This document shows, piece by piece, positions 38,808 to 64,000 of a stretch of DNA of 64,000 bases. The DNA is from the human T2T-CHM13v2.0 reference genome, Homo sapiens. The stretch lies in assembly GCF_009914755.1 (NCBI RefSeq), contig NC_060941.1; one strand, 5' to 3'. Position numbers and translations under genes: made by a program. The notes under the pieces are model-generated. The model was not told the origin of the DNA. It was given only the letters and a program-made list of their open reading frames with translations, and did no database searches. Positions within the stretch are counted from its first letter, which is position 1. Every line of letters begins with the position of its first letter.

Positions 38808-40601
38808 GTAAAGCAGCTCCCTGGCTGCTCTGATGCCAGGGACGGCGGGAGAGGCTCCCCTGGGCTGGGGGGACAGGGGAGAGGCAGGGGCACTCCAGGG
38901 AGCAGAAAAGAGGGGTGCAAGGGAGAGGAAATGCGGAGACAGCAGCCCCTGCAATTTGGGCAAAAGGGTGAGTGGATGAGAGAGGGCAGAGGGAGCTGGG
39001 GGAACAAGGCCGAAGGCCAGGACCCAGTGATCCCCAAATCCCACTGCACCGACGGAAGAGGCTGGAAAGGCTTTTGAATGAAGTGAGTGGGAAACAGCGG
39101 AGGGGTGGTCATGGGGAGGAAAGGGGAGCTAAGCTGCTGGGTCGGGTCTGAGCAGCACCCCAAGACTGGAGCCCGAGGCAAGGAGGCTCACGGGAGCTGC
39201 TTCCACCAAGGGCAGTCAGGAAGGCGGCCGCCCTGCAGCCCAGCCCTGGCCCCTGCTCCCTCGGCTCCCTGCTACTTTTTCAAAATCAGCTGGTGCTGAC
39301 TGTTAAGGCAATTTCCCAGCACCACCAAACCGCTGGCCTCGGCGCCCTGGCTGAGGGCTGGGATGGAGGACAGCTGGGTCCTTCTAGCCAGCCCCCACCC
39401 ACTCTCTTTGGCTACATGAGTCAAGGCTGGGCGACCAATGAGGTTGTGGCCTCCGGCAAACAATGACCACTATTTAGGCCGGCAGGTGTATAGGGCGTGG
39501 GGGCCCAGCTGCCAGTGCTGGAGACAAGGGCTGTCCGAGATGAACCCTTTCTGCTGCCTGCCAAGCCACTGGGAGGGGTAGGTCTCAGCAGGATTCCCAG
39601 AAACCCCGCCCCTGTCCAGCCTAGGCCCCCCACCCGGTGTTAGCTAACCCAACGTTAGCCCCCAGGTTCCGTGGGGTTGGGGGGCAGGGAGTCCTATTCT
39701 TGGGGCTGCTGCTTCTGGGGTGTGGGGAAGTGCAACTCCACGGCACCCTGGGCTGACTCATTCAGCTTCTAAAGCTTCAGGAAACATTGTTTGGGGCTGG
39801 GTCACCATGGGTGGGCCAGAGAGGACCCCTCAATCCCCTCCGGAGAGCCAGGGGAGGGGGAGGTGCCCTTCCCCATGCTATCTCCGAGGCCCACTGCCAT
39901 GTGGCTGAAGGCTGTGCGGTTCTGGGAAGAGGGGGAGGTGGCGGTGGAGGCTGTTTGTCTCCTAACTGGGCTTAATCTGAAACACATGTATTGGCTTGAG
40001 TTGATCCGCCTCACGTGGAGGCAAGATCACAAAAGCTTCTGTGTTTCTTGATGTGGGCGATTGTCAGAAAATAAGGCCTGACCTTGGCCCAGCAGGGAGG
40101 GTATCTACCTCTCCCTGAGCCCTCCCCCGCCTGCTAGGACGAGAGCGGGGCTTGGATACTGCCCTTTGGACAGGATGGCATCATTGTCTGTGGCTGCAGC
40201 CAGCCAGCGGTCGCCTGCTCAGCCCATGAGCAACCACTGTGGACAGGGTATTGCGTGTGTGCTGAGGGGCGTCCATGCAGACCCCCACGCTTGCCCTCTC
40301 ACTGCCCTTGTAGGGTTTTCAATCATCTCTCCTCTTCCCTTATCCAGATGGCTTGAAGTGGAGGATTCAGACTTGCCGTTAATACTCTGGGTCCCTGTGT
40401 CTAGCTCGGGGCCACCTTTGGACCCATGTCCCTTCCCTGCCAGGCTCCCTCACCTCACCTCAGCCTACCCACATTGTGACAATCATCTACCACCTGATCT
40501 GGGGTTTGGGCTTAGATTCTGTAGGCACCAAGACTAAAGTCGCTCCTTCAAGTCCATTTGAATTGTGACTTTAGTTTCCTTAAATACTATGCCAGGATAA
40601 T

Positions 40602-43354
<2,753 letters not shown>

Positions 43355-43545
43355 TTATGGTATGACTGTGGGCCCTGAGGCAGGGGGAGGGGCGGGAGAA
43401 CCTTGCTGGGAGGGATGGGCCATCAAGCTGAGGGTCCACTTCTGGGGGCCTGGAGGGGTGAGGGGTGGTCGCTGCAGGGGGTGGGGGAAAGTGACTAGCC
43501 CTGCCCAACCCCTGGGTCCTGGCTGGGGTGGCCAGGAAGGGGTAG

Positions 43546-43881
<336 letters not shown>

Positions 43882-43939
43882 TAGGGACATGAATAAGATC
43901 CCAAAAGAGTAAAAATCTGAAGCACTTTTAACAAGTCCA

Positions 43940-46388
<2,449 letters not shown>

Positions 46389-46553
46389 TCAGGGAGTAAA
46401 ACTCATTCCCGTTTTAGGCCAAACACAGAAAAATTAGGAAGGACAGCCCCAAGGGGCCAGAACCACCACCCTACACAAAGCCGTGAGGAGACAGTCCCTG
46501 TGCATCTCTGCGAGTCCCTGAACTCAAACCCAAGACTTCCTGTCTCCTGCCAG

Positions 46554-46752
46554 GGCTCCCCAGACCCCGACAGCACAGGGGCGCTGGTGGAGGAGGAGGA
46601 TCCTTTCTTCAAAGTCCCCGTGAACAAGCTGGCAGCGGCTGTCTCCAACTTCGGCTATGACCTGTACCGGGTGCGATCCAGCATGAGCCCCACGACCAAC
46701 GTGCTCCTGTCTCCTCTCAGTGTGGCCACGGCCCTCTCGGCCCTCTCGCTGG
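46554..46752 (+). CDS. SERPINF1: SERPINF1 exon 3
   Basis: cag|GGC TCC...CTG G|gtgagt; [24 protein letters not shown]. Confidence 0.97.
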
Positions 46753-46964
46753 GTGAGTGCTCAGATGCAGGAAGCCCCAGGCAGACCTGGAGAGGCCCCC
46801 TGTGGCCTCTGCATAAACGTGGCTGAGTTTATTGACATTTCAGTTCAGCGAGGGGTGAAGTAGCACCAGGGGCCTGGCCTGGGGGTCCCAGCTGTGTAAG
46901 CAGGAGCTCAGGGGCTGCACACACACGATTCCCCAGCTCCCCGAAAGGGGCTGGGCACCACTGA

Positions 46965-47567
<603 letters not shown>

Positions 47568-47728
47568 TAAGGATGAAAATTCCTTGGCCACCTAGATTGT
47601 CTTGAAGATCAGCCTACTTGGGCTCTCAGCAGACAAAAAAGATGAGTATAGTGTCTGTGTTCTGGGAGGGGGCTTGATTTGGGGCCCTGGTGTGCAGTTA
47701 TCAACGTCCACATCCTTGTCTCTGGCAG

Positions 47729-47884
47729 GAGCGGAGCAGCGAACAGAATCCATCATTCACCGGGCTCTCTACTATGACTTGATCAGCAGCCCAGACATCC
47801 ATGGTACCTATAAGGAGCTCCTTGACACGGTCACTGCCCCCCAGAAGAACCTCAAGAGTGCCTCCCGGATCGTCTTTGAGAAGA
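47729..47884 (+). CDS. SERPINF1: SERPINF1 exon 4
   Basis: cag|GA GCG GAG...AAG A|gtgagt. Confidence 0.97.
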
Positions 47885-47915
47885 GTGAGTCGCCTTTGCA
47901 GCCCAAGTTGCCTGA

Positions 47916-48242
<327 letters not shown>

Positions 48243-48548
48243 TAAACAATAGATCATGTGTGCCCAGGCCTGGCCTGGCACTGGTGTGGAGGAAGGGCCC
48301 GTGAGCCCAAAGAGGCTCAGAAAGAGGAAGTGGGCTGCAGGAGACGGTGGGAGGGGCAGGGAGGGCAGTGGCGCGATGTGGGGAAATCTGCTGCCCCCCT
48401 GGCCAGTGCCTGGGGATGCCAGCAGAAGTCCTGGCAAGTCACAGGAAGATGCTGGCTGGGAAGTCAGGGCCTGCTGAGCGCTAAACCAGAACCCGAGCCT
48501 GGCAGGCTCTCAAAGACGGGATGCTTGTCGTCGAGTCTCATACGCTAA

Positions 48549-48821
<273 letters not shown>

Positions 48822-48824
48822 TAA

Positions 48825-49130
<306 letters not shown>

Positions 49131-49133
49131 TAA

Positions 49134-49525
<392 letters not shown>

Positions 49526-50913
49526 TGAGCCACTGCGCCCGGCCCTTTTACATTTATTTTTAAATTAAGAGACAGGGTGTCACTATGATGCCGAGGCTGG
49601 TCTCGAACTCCTGAGCTGAAGTGATCCTCCCACCTCGGCCTCCCAAAATGCTGGGATTACCATGTCCAACTTTCCACTTCTTGTTTGACCAAGGATGGAT
49701 GGCAGACATCAGAAGGGGCTTGGAAAGGGAGGTGTCAAAGACCTTGCCCAGCATGGAGTCTGGGTCACAGCTGGGGGAGGATCTGGGAACTGTGCTTGCC
49801 TGAAGCTTACCTGCTTGTCATCAAATCCAAGGCAAGGCGTGAATGTCTATAGAGTGAGAGACTTGTGGAGACAGAAGAGCAGAGAGGGAGGAAGAATGAA
49901 CACTGGGTCTGTTTGGGGCTTTCCCAGCTTTTGAGTCAGACAAGATTTATTTATTTATTTAAGATGGAGTCTCATTCTGTTGCCCAGGCTGGAGTGCAGT
50001 GGTGCCATCTTGGCTCACTACAGCCTCCCCACCTCCCAGGTTCAAGTGCTTCTCCTGCCTCAGCCTCCCGAGTAGTTGGGATTACAGGCGCCCGCCACCA
50101 CACCCAGCTAATTTTTGTATTTTCAGTAGAGATGGGGTTTCGCCATGCTGGCCAGGCTGTTCTCGAAAACTCCTGACCTCAGATGATCCACCCGCCTCGG
50201 CCTCCCACAGTGCTGGGATTACAGGCGTGAGCCACTGCGCTGGCCAAATCAGACAAGGTTTAAATCCCAGCTCTGCCTGTACTAGCTGAGGAACTCTGCA
50301 CACATTTCATAACCTTTCTGGGCCTACGTTCTCACCTTTAACGTGAGGATAATATATCTACTTCATAGACACCTTTTTATGTTGTCTCCAAGTTTTCTAA
50401 CAGCTCTAGTTCTGTACCCAAGACATGGCAGGTGGCCAACGACATCCTTCTAGGCTGTGGTGATGTGTTTGGAGCTTGTTCCACGGGTCTTGTGTGGGGC
50501 CAGCCCTGTTCAGATAAGGCCTTGTGGGGTGGCCTGGGGTAGGGGGAGGGGTTGGGCAAACTCTCCCTTAAAACGCTTTGTAACCATCTGAGGCACCAGC
50601 AAGAGCGGCCCCCGAGCCTGGACAAAATCCAAACGGCTTCCTACTTCAAGCACTGATGTCTAGTGAGTGAAGGAACAGCTCTGGGTCCAGGATATTATAG
50701 GTCACATTAAACTAAAGGGGCTTGGCCATCAGCTGGCTTCCAGAGCGTCAGCCAGTTACTTCACCTCTTTGGCTTTGGCCTGTTTTCAGCTACAAGAGGA
50801 CTTAATCCAGAGGACCTCAGAGGTCCTTCCCAGCTCAGACCTTCTTTGACTGTCTCCCAGAGACACTGCTGTAGGAGTGCACACCAGTTTACTTTTCTTT
50901 CTTTTGTTTTTGA

Positions 50914-51123
<210 letters not shown>

Positions 51124-51641
51124 TGACCTCAGATGATCCATCCGCCTTGGCCTCCCAAAGTGCTGAGATTACAGATGTGAGGCACCACACCCGGCCATTT
51201 TTGTATTTTTAGTAGAGACGGGGTTTTGCCATGTTGGCCACGCTGGTCTCAAACTCCTGACCTCAAGTGATCTGCCCACCTTGGCCTCCTGAAGGGCTGG
51301 GACTACAGGCGTGAGTCACCGTGCCCGGCCATTTTTGTATTTTTAGGACAGCGTTTTTTCATGTTGGCCAGGCTGGTCTCAAACTCCTGACCTCAAGTGA
51401 TCCACCCACCCCGGCCTCCCAATATGCTGGGATTCCAGGTGTGAGTTACCATGCCCGGCTACCACTTTACTTTTCCTGCAGGCTATCACAGAACGTGTAC
51501 AATCTAGACTCTAATCAACCAAATCAACGTCTTGCCATCGGAGTTTGCTGGTGAAGGGCACTTGGGGTCCTGGAAATAACTGTAGGCTCCAAGCCACACA
51601 CACTGAGATAGGCCTATTCCCTGAGGCCTCAGAGCCCCTGA

Positions 51642-51977
<336 letters not shown>

Positions 51978-53198
51978 TGACCTTTGAGATCCGACAGCTG
52001 TCTACATGTCGCCTGCTGTGTGACTTTGAGCAGGTTAATAACATGTCTGAGCTTTCCTCCTCTTAAGATGGGGCAGGGGATCGTTACCAACACTTACCCT
52101 CCCAGGGTTTGTTGTAAGGACGAATAAGGTAATAGGAAATGGGCCCTCAGACTGGGCACCCACATGTTTGTTCTCTTGAGACTCCTATTTCTAGAATTTA
52201 AAGCCAAACTTTGAAAAATAATGACAAACTCCAAATCGTTGGCATCTTTTTTTTTTTTTTTTGAGACAGTCTCGCTCTGTCGGCCAGGCTGGAGTGCAGT
52301 GGCACGATCTCGGCTCACCACAACCTCCGCCCCGCTGGGTTAAAGCGATTCTCTTGCCTCAGCCTCCTGAGTAGCTGGGATTACAGGCGTGTGCCACCAT
52401 GCCTGGCTAATTTTATACAGACGGGGTTTCTCCATGTTGGTCAGGCTGGTCTCAAACTCCCAAACTCAGGTGATCCGCCTGCCTCGGTCTCCCAAAACAC
52501 AGGGATTCCAGGCATGAGCCACCACGCTTGGCCAATCGTTGGCATTCTAAGGCTTTCAGTGTACCTGACTTCTTTTAGTTCTAAGTCTGTAACTGTTAAC
52601 CTTTCTTGGGCCACGGCTATCACACGGATCTCTCTGGGAATCTGACGACAGTGCCTCAAACCCGAGGGAGCACCGCCAGGTGTGCACACACGTTTCTGTC
52701 AACGATTTCGGAGACTCTTGGGATCCCTGACACCATCTGTTCCATGGACCTTAGGTTAAGAGCCTCTGTTCAAAGGAGGCTTTTGCTCTTGGTGGGTGGA
52801 TGGGGTGAAGTCTCCAAGCCCTCTTACGGCCCCTTCGGTATTCCTATCCCCGGTTCTCCCTGTCTTAGTCCAGTGCTCTCTATTTAACAAATGAGCAGTA
52901 AATGTTGGCCGATGGACTTTGGGAGAAAATAAAGACCTGAAATTCAATTCTAGCTCCTTAAACCACAGGAGAACATTCTTTCAGCAGACAACTTCAGTTG
53001 GTATTAGGCCAAGGTAAGAAAGGCCAACAGCATCCTTTCTGAAGAAACCTCAGGAGATGGCTCACTGCCAGAAAGCTATAACCTGGAAGGGGAATTGTTA
53101 AATAGATGAGGGGCTGGATGAAGGACGAGACCAGGGCCCCGTCACGGGAGAGGGAAGGCAGCTCCTGGCTGTGTCTGTCCCCGGCTTTTGGGCTCTGA

Positions 53199-53567
<369 letters not shown>

Positions 53568-53861
53568 TAATCCTCATCGTGCCAGAAGGGAAGGCTGAAC
53601 TGCCTTCTCTCATCAGACTCATTCCTCAGCCTCACGAGCAGACCTCCCTGACAGGCGCTCACAACACTGCCTCTCAAGACGAGTCTGTCTGACCTGTTTT
53701 CTCATCTTGACCTAACTTGCTAAATGCTCCTGGGCAAGTCACTCCACCCTCGGTCAGCTCAGACCTCTTCAGGCCTCAGAGAAAGTCAACAGTGCTGCGC
53801 CATCCCAGCTTGCTTGCAAAGGGATCCCTTGGTTGGGGTGTTGGGGAAGGCAGGGTTTTAA

Positions 53862-54146
<285 letters not shown>

Positions 54147-54243
54147 TATCCCAGTTTAATATTCCAATACCCTAGAAGAAAACCCGAGGGACAGCAGATT
54201 CCACAGGACACGAAGGCTGCCCCTGTAAGGTTTCAATGCATAC

Positions 54244-54249
54244 AATAAA
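54244..54249 (+). terminator. SERPINF1: SERPINF1 polyadenylation signal AATAAA
   Basis: AATAAA ~100 nt after the stop codon. Confidence 0.9.
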
Positions 54250-54630
54250 AGAGCTTTATCCCTAACTTCTGTTACTTCGTTCCTCCTCCTATTTTGAGCT
54301 ATGCGAAATATCATATGAAGAGAAACAGCTCTTGAGGAATTTGGTGGTCCTCTACTTCTAGCCTGGTTTTATCTAAACACTGCAGGAAGTCACCGTTCAT
54401 AAGAACTCTTAGTTACCTGTGTTGGATAAGGCACGGACAGCTTCTCTGCTCTGGGGGTATTTCTGTACTAGGATCAGTGATCCTCCCGGGAGGCCATTTC
54501 CTGCCCCCATAATCAGGGAAGCCTGCTCGTAAACAACACATGGACAGATAGGAGAGGCCATTTGTAACTTAAGGAAATGGACCCGATACGTAAAGATTCT
54601 GAACATATTCTTTGTAAGGAGGTATGCCTA

Positions 54631-56273
<1,643 letters not shown>

Positions 56274-56924
56274 AGTGGTTGGTTACTGACTCTGCCAAGA
56301 GTACAGAATGAAGGGCAGAGAGTAAGGACTGGAAAACTGGCAGGAAACACACTGACAGCCGTCATCCCTGGAGGAAACTGCTCAATAAAACGGCTCCATA
56401 TTTACTTCTCTGGTCACGGTTCATACTCCACGATTTTAACAAAGGAGTCGAGGAAGCTAGATACTGTAAGTGGAACGGTGTGTCTCTGGAGGTAAGCAGG
56501 CTTGCTGATTTCTTGTTTTATAATTCTTTTTTAATTACAATGTAACTACTAAGAGCTTCAGTTCCCACTGGAGTGGTGCACACATCTCATTACTACTAAA
56601 ACCACAGGAATGTTCCAGGGAAACAGACTATCATCACTGAGCGAGGTGGAATCCAGCCAAAACCCCAGGCTAACATCCAGATGCCTGCAGATCAGCTAAA
56701 ATCCTTTTAAAGGACTTGGAATCTCCAGATACTAGTTTTAAGTCTTTTCTGGGAACTGGGAGTTTGTACTGGAGGCCACTTAACTATTTCAAAAAATATT
56801 CACCAAAATAGGTGTCTCTCTGACTGCAACGGTTTGAGTCCTCCTCAGCCCTCATATCCTAGGCTTCGGACTGTTGGGAAAGTCTTATCTTCCTGACGAA
56901 AGCTCAGCAGCAACAGAACCTGTT

Positions 56925-57933
<1,009 letters not shown>

Positions 57934-57985
57934 TAACTTGTGTTCCATGGGCTCCTTTTCTGTGGGTCAAAATCCTCCTGGAACC

Positions 57986-58139
57986 CTACAATGCAGGCCC
58001 TACAGGGGTGGGTGGTAAGTCCAACAAACAGGATTTCATCTTCTGGAGCTCCTGGATTTCATCGTCCCATGGGCCACAGTGCAGCGACAGAACCTCCTCA
58101 GCTTTCTGTATTGTGCTCAGGGCTTCGGGTACTGCAAAC
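57986..58139 (-). CDS. SMYD4: SMYD4 last coding exon (…FAVPEALSTIQKAEEVLSLHCGPWDDEIQELQKMKSCLLDLPPTPVGPAL*)
   Basis: Manual - strand translation; cag|G TTT GCA...TAG. Confidence 0.92.
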
Positions 58140-58913
58140 CTGAGCCAAGGGAGGTAAGAGGAGTTAGTTCACTGATTTGTGAGGCAAATGTTAATTGAGG
58201 GCCTACTCACACACCGTGAAGAATGTAAGATCATTTCTGTCATCAAGGATCCTACAATCTAGAACAGTAAGTAAGACACTGTCACAAACACGCTGCAAAA
58301 CAAAAGTGTGAGAAAACAGTTATAAAAGATAGTATAGACGCCAGGATCCTGAGAACACGAGGCAAATCTCAAAGCTTTTTTTTTTTTTTTTGAGACAAGA
58401 GTTTCACTCTTGTCGCCCAGGTATTTGTGCGACCTCGGCTCACTGCAACCTCCGCCTCCCGGGTTCAAGTGATTCTCCTGCCTCAACCTCCTGGGCAGCT
58501 GGATTACAGGCGTGAGCTACCACACCCGGCCTCAAAGTTTTCATCTGGTATTTACCACAGGTTTACATAGCAGTTTTCATTTTAGGGTGACCATCTTAGG
58601 GCTGACCTCTGACCTAACTCTGCAGCCCTTTTCTCTCTCTCTGACCAAACAGAATGTCTCTGTGTCTTGGGTACCAGGCCCACTCAGCACAGCCTTAGGT
58701 TGAAGCTTTAAGCACTTTCTCATAGCCACATACACCAAGGGCAGCTTTACCAGGGTTGGAGGTTCCACCCGGAAATCCTGAAATTGGGCCCTAAATGGTC
58801 TCAGTAGCAAAAGTGGATTTGGCATCAGCTCATCAGCGTGCTGTTCTTTCCTTTTAACCTTCAAAGTAGAACAGGGGATTTAAAACAAAAAACAAACAAC
58901 AGCAGCAAAAAAG

Positions 58914-59255
58914 CAGGGTTTCTCGACCCTGACACTATTGACACTGTTGCTGGCTCCTTCTTTGCTGGGGTTGGTGGGGGGGGCACTGTCTTGTACCCGG
59001 GAGGATGCTTAGCAGCACCTCTGGCCTCTTTCGAATAGATGCCAGCAGCACCCCCCTTCCAAGTCATGACAATCCAAAATGTCTCCAGAGATCGCTTGAG
59101 CCCAGGAGTTGCAGGAAGCAGTGAGCTGTGACCGAGCCACTGTACTCCAGCCTGGGCAAGACAGCAAGACCCCTTCTCAAAAAAAAAAAAAAAAAAGTCT
59201 CCAGGCAATGCCACATGTTGTCTGGGGGTAAAATCAGCCCTGGTTCAAGCAAACG
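58914..59255 (-). mobile_element. MER20 DNA transposon interrupted by an Alu fragment (59089-59196)
   Basis: cagggtttctcgacc...gacactattgaca...tagatgccagcagcacc...aaaatgtctccaga; TSD gtctccag. Confidence 0.8.
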
Positions 59256-59734
59256 CTTTAAAAGGAAGAGGATGCAGAGTAGGGAGAAGGCAGAGAGCCT
59301 GGAGCTGAGAGTGCTGGGAATGAGACAGCCAAAGGGGCTGTGACGAACCAGAGAACAACCAGAAGGAGAGCTATACTGGAGGGTGGGTGGGGCTGCCTGG
59401 CCAAGTTCTCTCTGGGAAACTCACTTGAGATCTAAAAGCTTTCCCCATATCTCCCAGGAGGAAATTCTTTTTTTTTTTTTTTTTGAGATGGAGTCTCGCT
59501 CTGTCGCCCAGGCTACAGTGCAGTGGCGCGATCTTGGCTCACTGCAAGCTCCGCCTCCCAGGAGGAAATTCTAAAGCGTTATGTTTGTTAGCAAAACAGA
59601 AGGCAAAGATCTCTCCTAAAGAGGAAATAAAGAAGTTTCAACATGCTTTTAAAAACACCATAGAAAAAAAGTAATACCCAGAAGAGCCTAGGAAAGGAAC
59701 AGTGTGTGCCCTGTGAAGTGGGAAAGGGACTCAC

Positions 59735-59858
59735 CCGTTGAAAAAGATCTGGGCCAATTTGAAGAGCTCATGGCCCATTTCAACACTGGACGGCCCGTGG
59801 CGAACCTCCACCACGTAGAGACTCCTCTGTAGATGGGTGGCTGACTTTTGCCAGTCTC
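59735..59858 (-). CDS. SMYD4: SMYD4 coding exon (DWQKSATHLQRSLYVVEVRHGPSSVEMGHELFKLAQIFFNG)
   Basis: cag|GA GAC...AAC GG|gtgagt; TPR-like SMYD C-terminal helix motif. Confidence 0.93.
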
Positions 59859-60059
59859 CTGTGAGAAGAGAAAAATCTTGTTCCAGAAAAGAACCACTGT
59901 CAACTGTGGATGCATATTTTCAGGGGGAGGAAATGGAACGAGAGGGGGAGCACCCTCAGTTTACAGAGCGGGGGGTAACCAGGCAGACAAGGCCGGGGCC
60001 ACGGCGAAGTGCCCACAGCAGACTGTTCCCGACGCAGAACGTGAAGGCTCATGCTGTAC

Positions 60060-60176
60060 CTAAGGCAGCACAGGCCCGGGCCAGGCCATCCGCGATCTCT
60101 CCCACCACGGCGTGCTCTGCCCACAGGAAGCTCTCGGCGTCACGCTGGCACCCCGACAGCCGCTGAACAGCTCGCT
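60060..60176 (-). CDS. SMYD4: SMYD4 coding exon (ERAVQRLSGCQRDAESFLWAEHAVVGEIADGLARACAALG)
   Basis: cag|AG CGA...TTA G|gtacag; phases consistent with neighbouring exons. Confidence 0.92.
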   Translation of the reverse strand, partial: SELFSGCRGASVTPRASCGQSTPWWERSRMAWPGPVLP

Positions 60177-61025
60177 CTGTCAATGCAGAGGAAAGACGTC
60201 TCACTATAGACAGAAGCCCAGTCCTAGGAATGAGAATCCAGGTCTCAAATCCTCTGAATCAGCTGGGCTGAATGTGGAAATTCCCCCTGGCCTCCCTGGG
60301 TTGTCACCAACGCACAATGTCTGTTCCAATAAAGCTGCTGTTTTCTTCTGTTTTCTCTGTCAGTGGAGAAAGGCGCTAGGGGAGGCCTCCCCACATTTAC
60401 ACTGTATTTTCAACATTAACTTCCCAACTCGACCAACTCTACCTTTCACGTACGGCCATGATTTCTCTTGACCCTGAAATCTAAGCTAAAGGTCAACTTT
60501 CATAAAGCAGGGTAAATAAAAATCCCATGATGTCAAGCTCTAAGGCAGGGTTTTCAAGGGCAATGGGGAGCTCCGCAAGTCTCAGACAAAAGCAAGACAC
60601 TCCTATCAGCTGGGCTCACGCCCCACTGCTCTCTAGCAGAGACTAGCTCTGAGGAGGGAAGAACCGCCCTTCTAGGAAGTTACATCACTAGGCCCTGGAA
60701 TTAAAATAAATGACACTCAACTTCTGGAACTGCACACAGCTCACGGATGTCAGCGATGACCCGTTAGTTGGCAGGGGTACTTCAACTTAGCAATCAGATG
60801 CAGAAGAAAACAACAGCTGAAATCACCTGGCCCCTTTTCAAGGGCCCCACAGTAACAAAGCTGGTCAGGGTTTGGACTCACTGGCCTATATAGCCATCTT
60901 GTGGCTGGCATGGGGATAATTACATCCAATTCTCCCATCAGTACTGAGTATCCCTGAGTCCAAAACGGTATCAGAACAAATAAAAGGGAAGGGGCTGGAG
61001 GACCAAAGCAGGGAGCCAGTCTCAC

Positions 61026-61161
61026 CTAGTTCACCATCTCTGAGAAGCTTCTGGGCCACTCTGACCTGCTGCTGTAGGTCCTGTAACCGAGAGACCAGGT
61101 GGTCCCTGCTGACGGCGGATTCTGCACAAGATCTGCTGCCACAGCGCAGCACGTCATCTCC
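61026..61161 (-). CDS. SMYD4: SMYD4 coding exon (GDDVLRCGSRSCAESAVSRDHLVSRLQDLQQQVRVAQKLLRDGEL)
   Basis: cag|GGA GAT...CTA G|gtgaga. Confidence 0.93.
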
Positions 61162-61470
61162 CTGTGGAAGTCAGTTTTCTCTTTATTCCAATGCCAGGGT
61201 CAGTTATCAACACCGCCTGTGCTTACATTACAGGACTGCTCCATAGTTTCTTACCTCATGGGGGAAAGAGACTCCTGTAACAATACATCGTGACGAAAGT
61301 CTGAGCGAATTTTGTTTGATGGCGGCAATGGCGGCAATTCTAATGAAGTGTATCAGCAGTAGCTGATCCCACCTGAGATTTCATTTTTGGAACAGAACTG
61401 GTACAGTGCACAATTTCTTTCCACTTCTATAGCCCCTCTTGTCGCTTTTTGGGGCCAGGACTTTAGATGA

Positions 61471-63213
<1,743 letters not shown>

Positions 63214-63509
63214 TATCCTGGGACTTTTCAATGACTGACTTCAGCAAATAAATTCCCAGTCTCCCCCAGATCCCAAACCAGTTCAGATGGGATCTTCTGT
63301 CCTTTATAAAGGAAACATTACTAAATTGAACCTTTCCCTGTGGTTTCTCTGGAGGGGAACTAGTGTATGGGGATGACTGGCTAAAATGGAGGTGATATTA
63401 CTGGTCTCAGCACTTACAAGTCCCTGATGGCTTCCTCCTAAACACTGATCACCCTTGGGGTGGAAAACTGACCTCCAGGAAAAGTGGAGGAGACAGAAGA
63501 GAGAATTAC

Positions 63510-63673
63510 CTGCATGGGCGCTCCGCAACTGTTGCAACAGAATGCTTCCCACCTGGGCCCTGCAGCCATCCTGTGTGCCTCAGTTTGACAAGCTGGACAG
63601 GCGCAGTCAAAGAAATACTGAGACCTCAGCTTCTGCTGCCTTTCGGCAACCCCCATCCGGCTCTTGTGAGGCC
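63510..63673 (-). CDS. SMYD4: SMYD4 coding exon with post-SET motif (GPHKSRMGVAERQQKLRSQYFFDCACPAC…CCNSCGAPMQ); upstream exons lie beyond the window
   Basis: cag|GG CCT...CAG|gtaatt; YFFxCxCxxC is the SMYD post-SET signature. Confidence 0.94.
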
Positions 63674-64000
63674 CTGGAGGGAGATCACCGTCAGCCAATA
63701 TTGAAAGCAAGAGAGAGTCAAACACTACGTAAAAACCTTCAGCTTAGCAGAGGGTCTGGACAATTACCTATCATGTGACAGCTAACCTTTACCCAAATAT
63801 TTGTGGAACTGGATACTAAAATAAGCTTCCAAGTTGCTGAGACAGGAAGAAAGAGAAGCCAAGAAGTTGTTCCTAGCCCATTTTCAGAATAGGAAGTTTA
63901 TAGTGATTAAACAGCGAGACATAGTTTAGCCGCAATAGGGCCCTAGCACGAAGGCCATTCCTTCCATCCTCCCTTCCTTGTTTTTGGCCTAAGTGTTCAC

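Overview
Human genomic DNA (Alu-dense, GC-rich), recognisable as the chr17p13.3 cluster. It contains three complete + strand genes, each reconstructed exon by exon from GT-AG boundaries: WDR81 (10 coding exons, 5826 nt = 1941 aa), SERPINF2/alpha-2-antiplasmin (9 coding exons, 1476 nt = 491 aa) and SERPINF1/PEDF (7 coding exons, 1257 nt = 418 aa). The last five coding exons and 3'UTR of SMYD4 lie on the - strand. A ~3.8 kb G-rich 45-bp VNTR separates WDR81 from SERPINF2. The rest is mainly Alu, MIR, L2 and MER DNA, and most ORF-track entries are Alu, VNTR or antisense artefacts. I find no support for a new gene or an unknown multi-gene system. The best leads are: (i) a split pseudokinase around the WDR81 BEACH domain, giving a VPS15-like kinase-HEAT-WD40 layout; (ii) a tandemly duplicated 3' splice site in WDR81 intron 5 whose upstream copy reads into an in-frame TAG; (iii) splice signals that can remove most of the 3.7 kb WDR81 exon 1; (iv) a liver-type promoter/enhancer module in WDR81 intron 9; (v) the VNTR's position and higher-order structure; (vi) an Alu-tail GAA repeat in WDR81 intron 1; (vii) closely spaced inverted Alus and an Alu gene-conversion tract. 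Repeat coordinates are approximate and family calls were made by eye.
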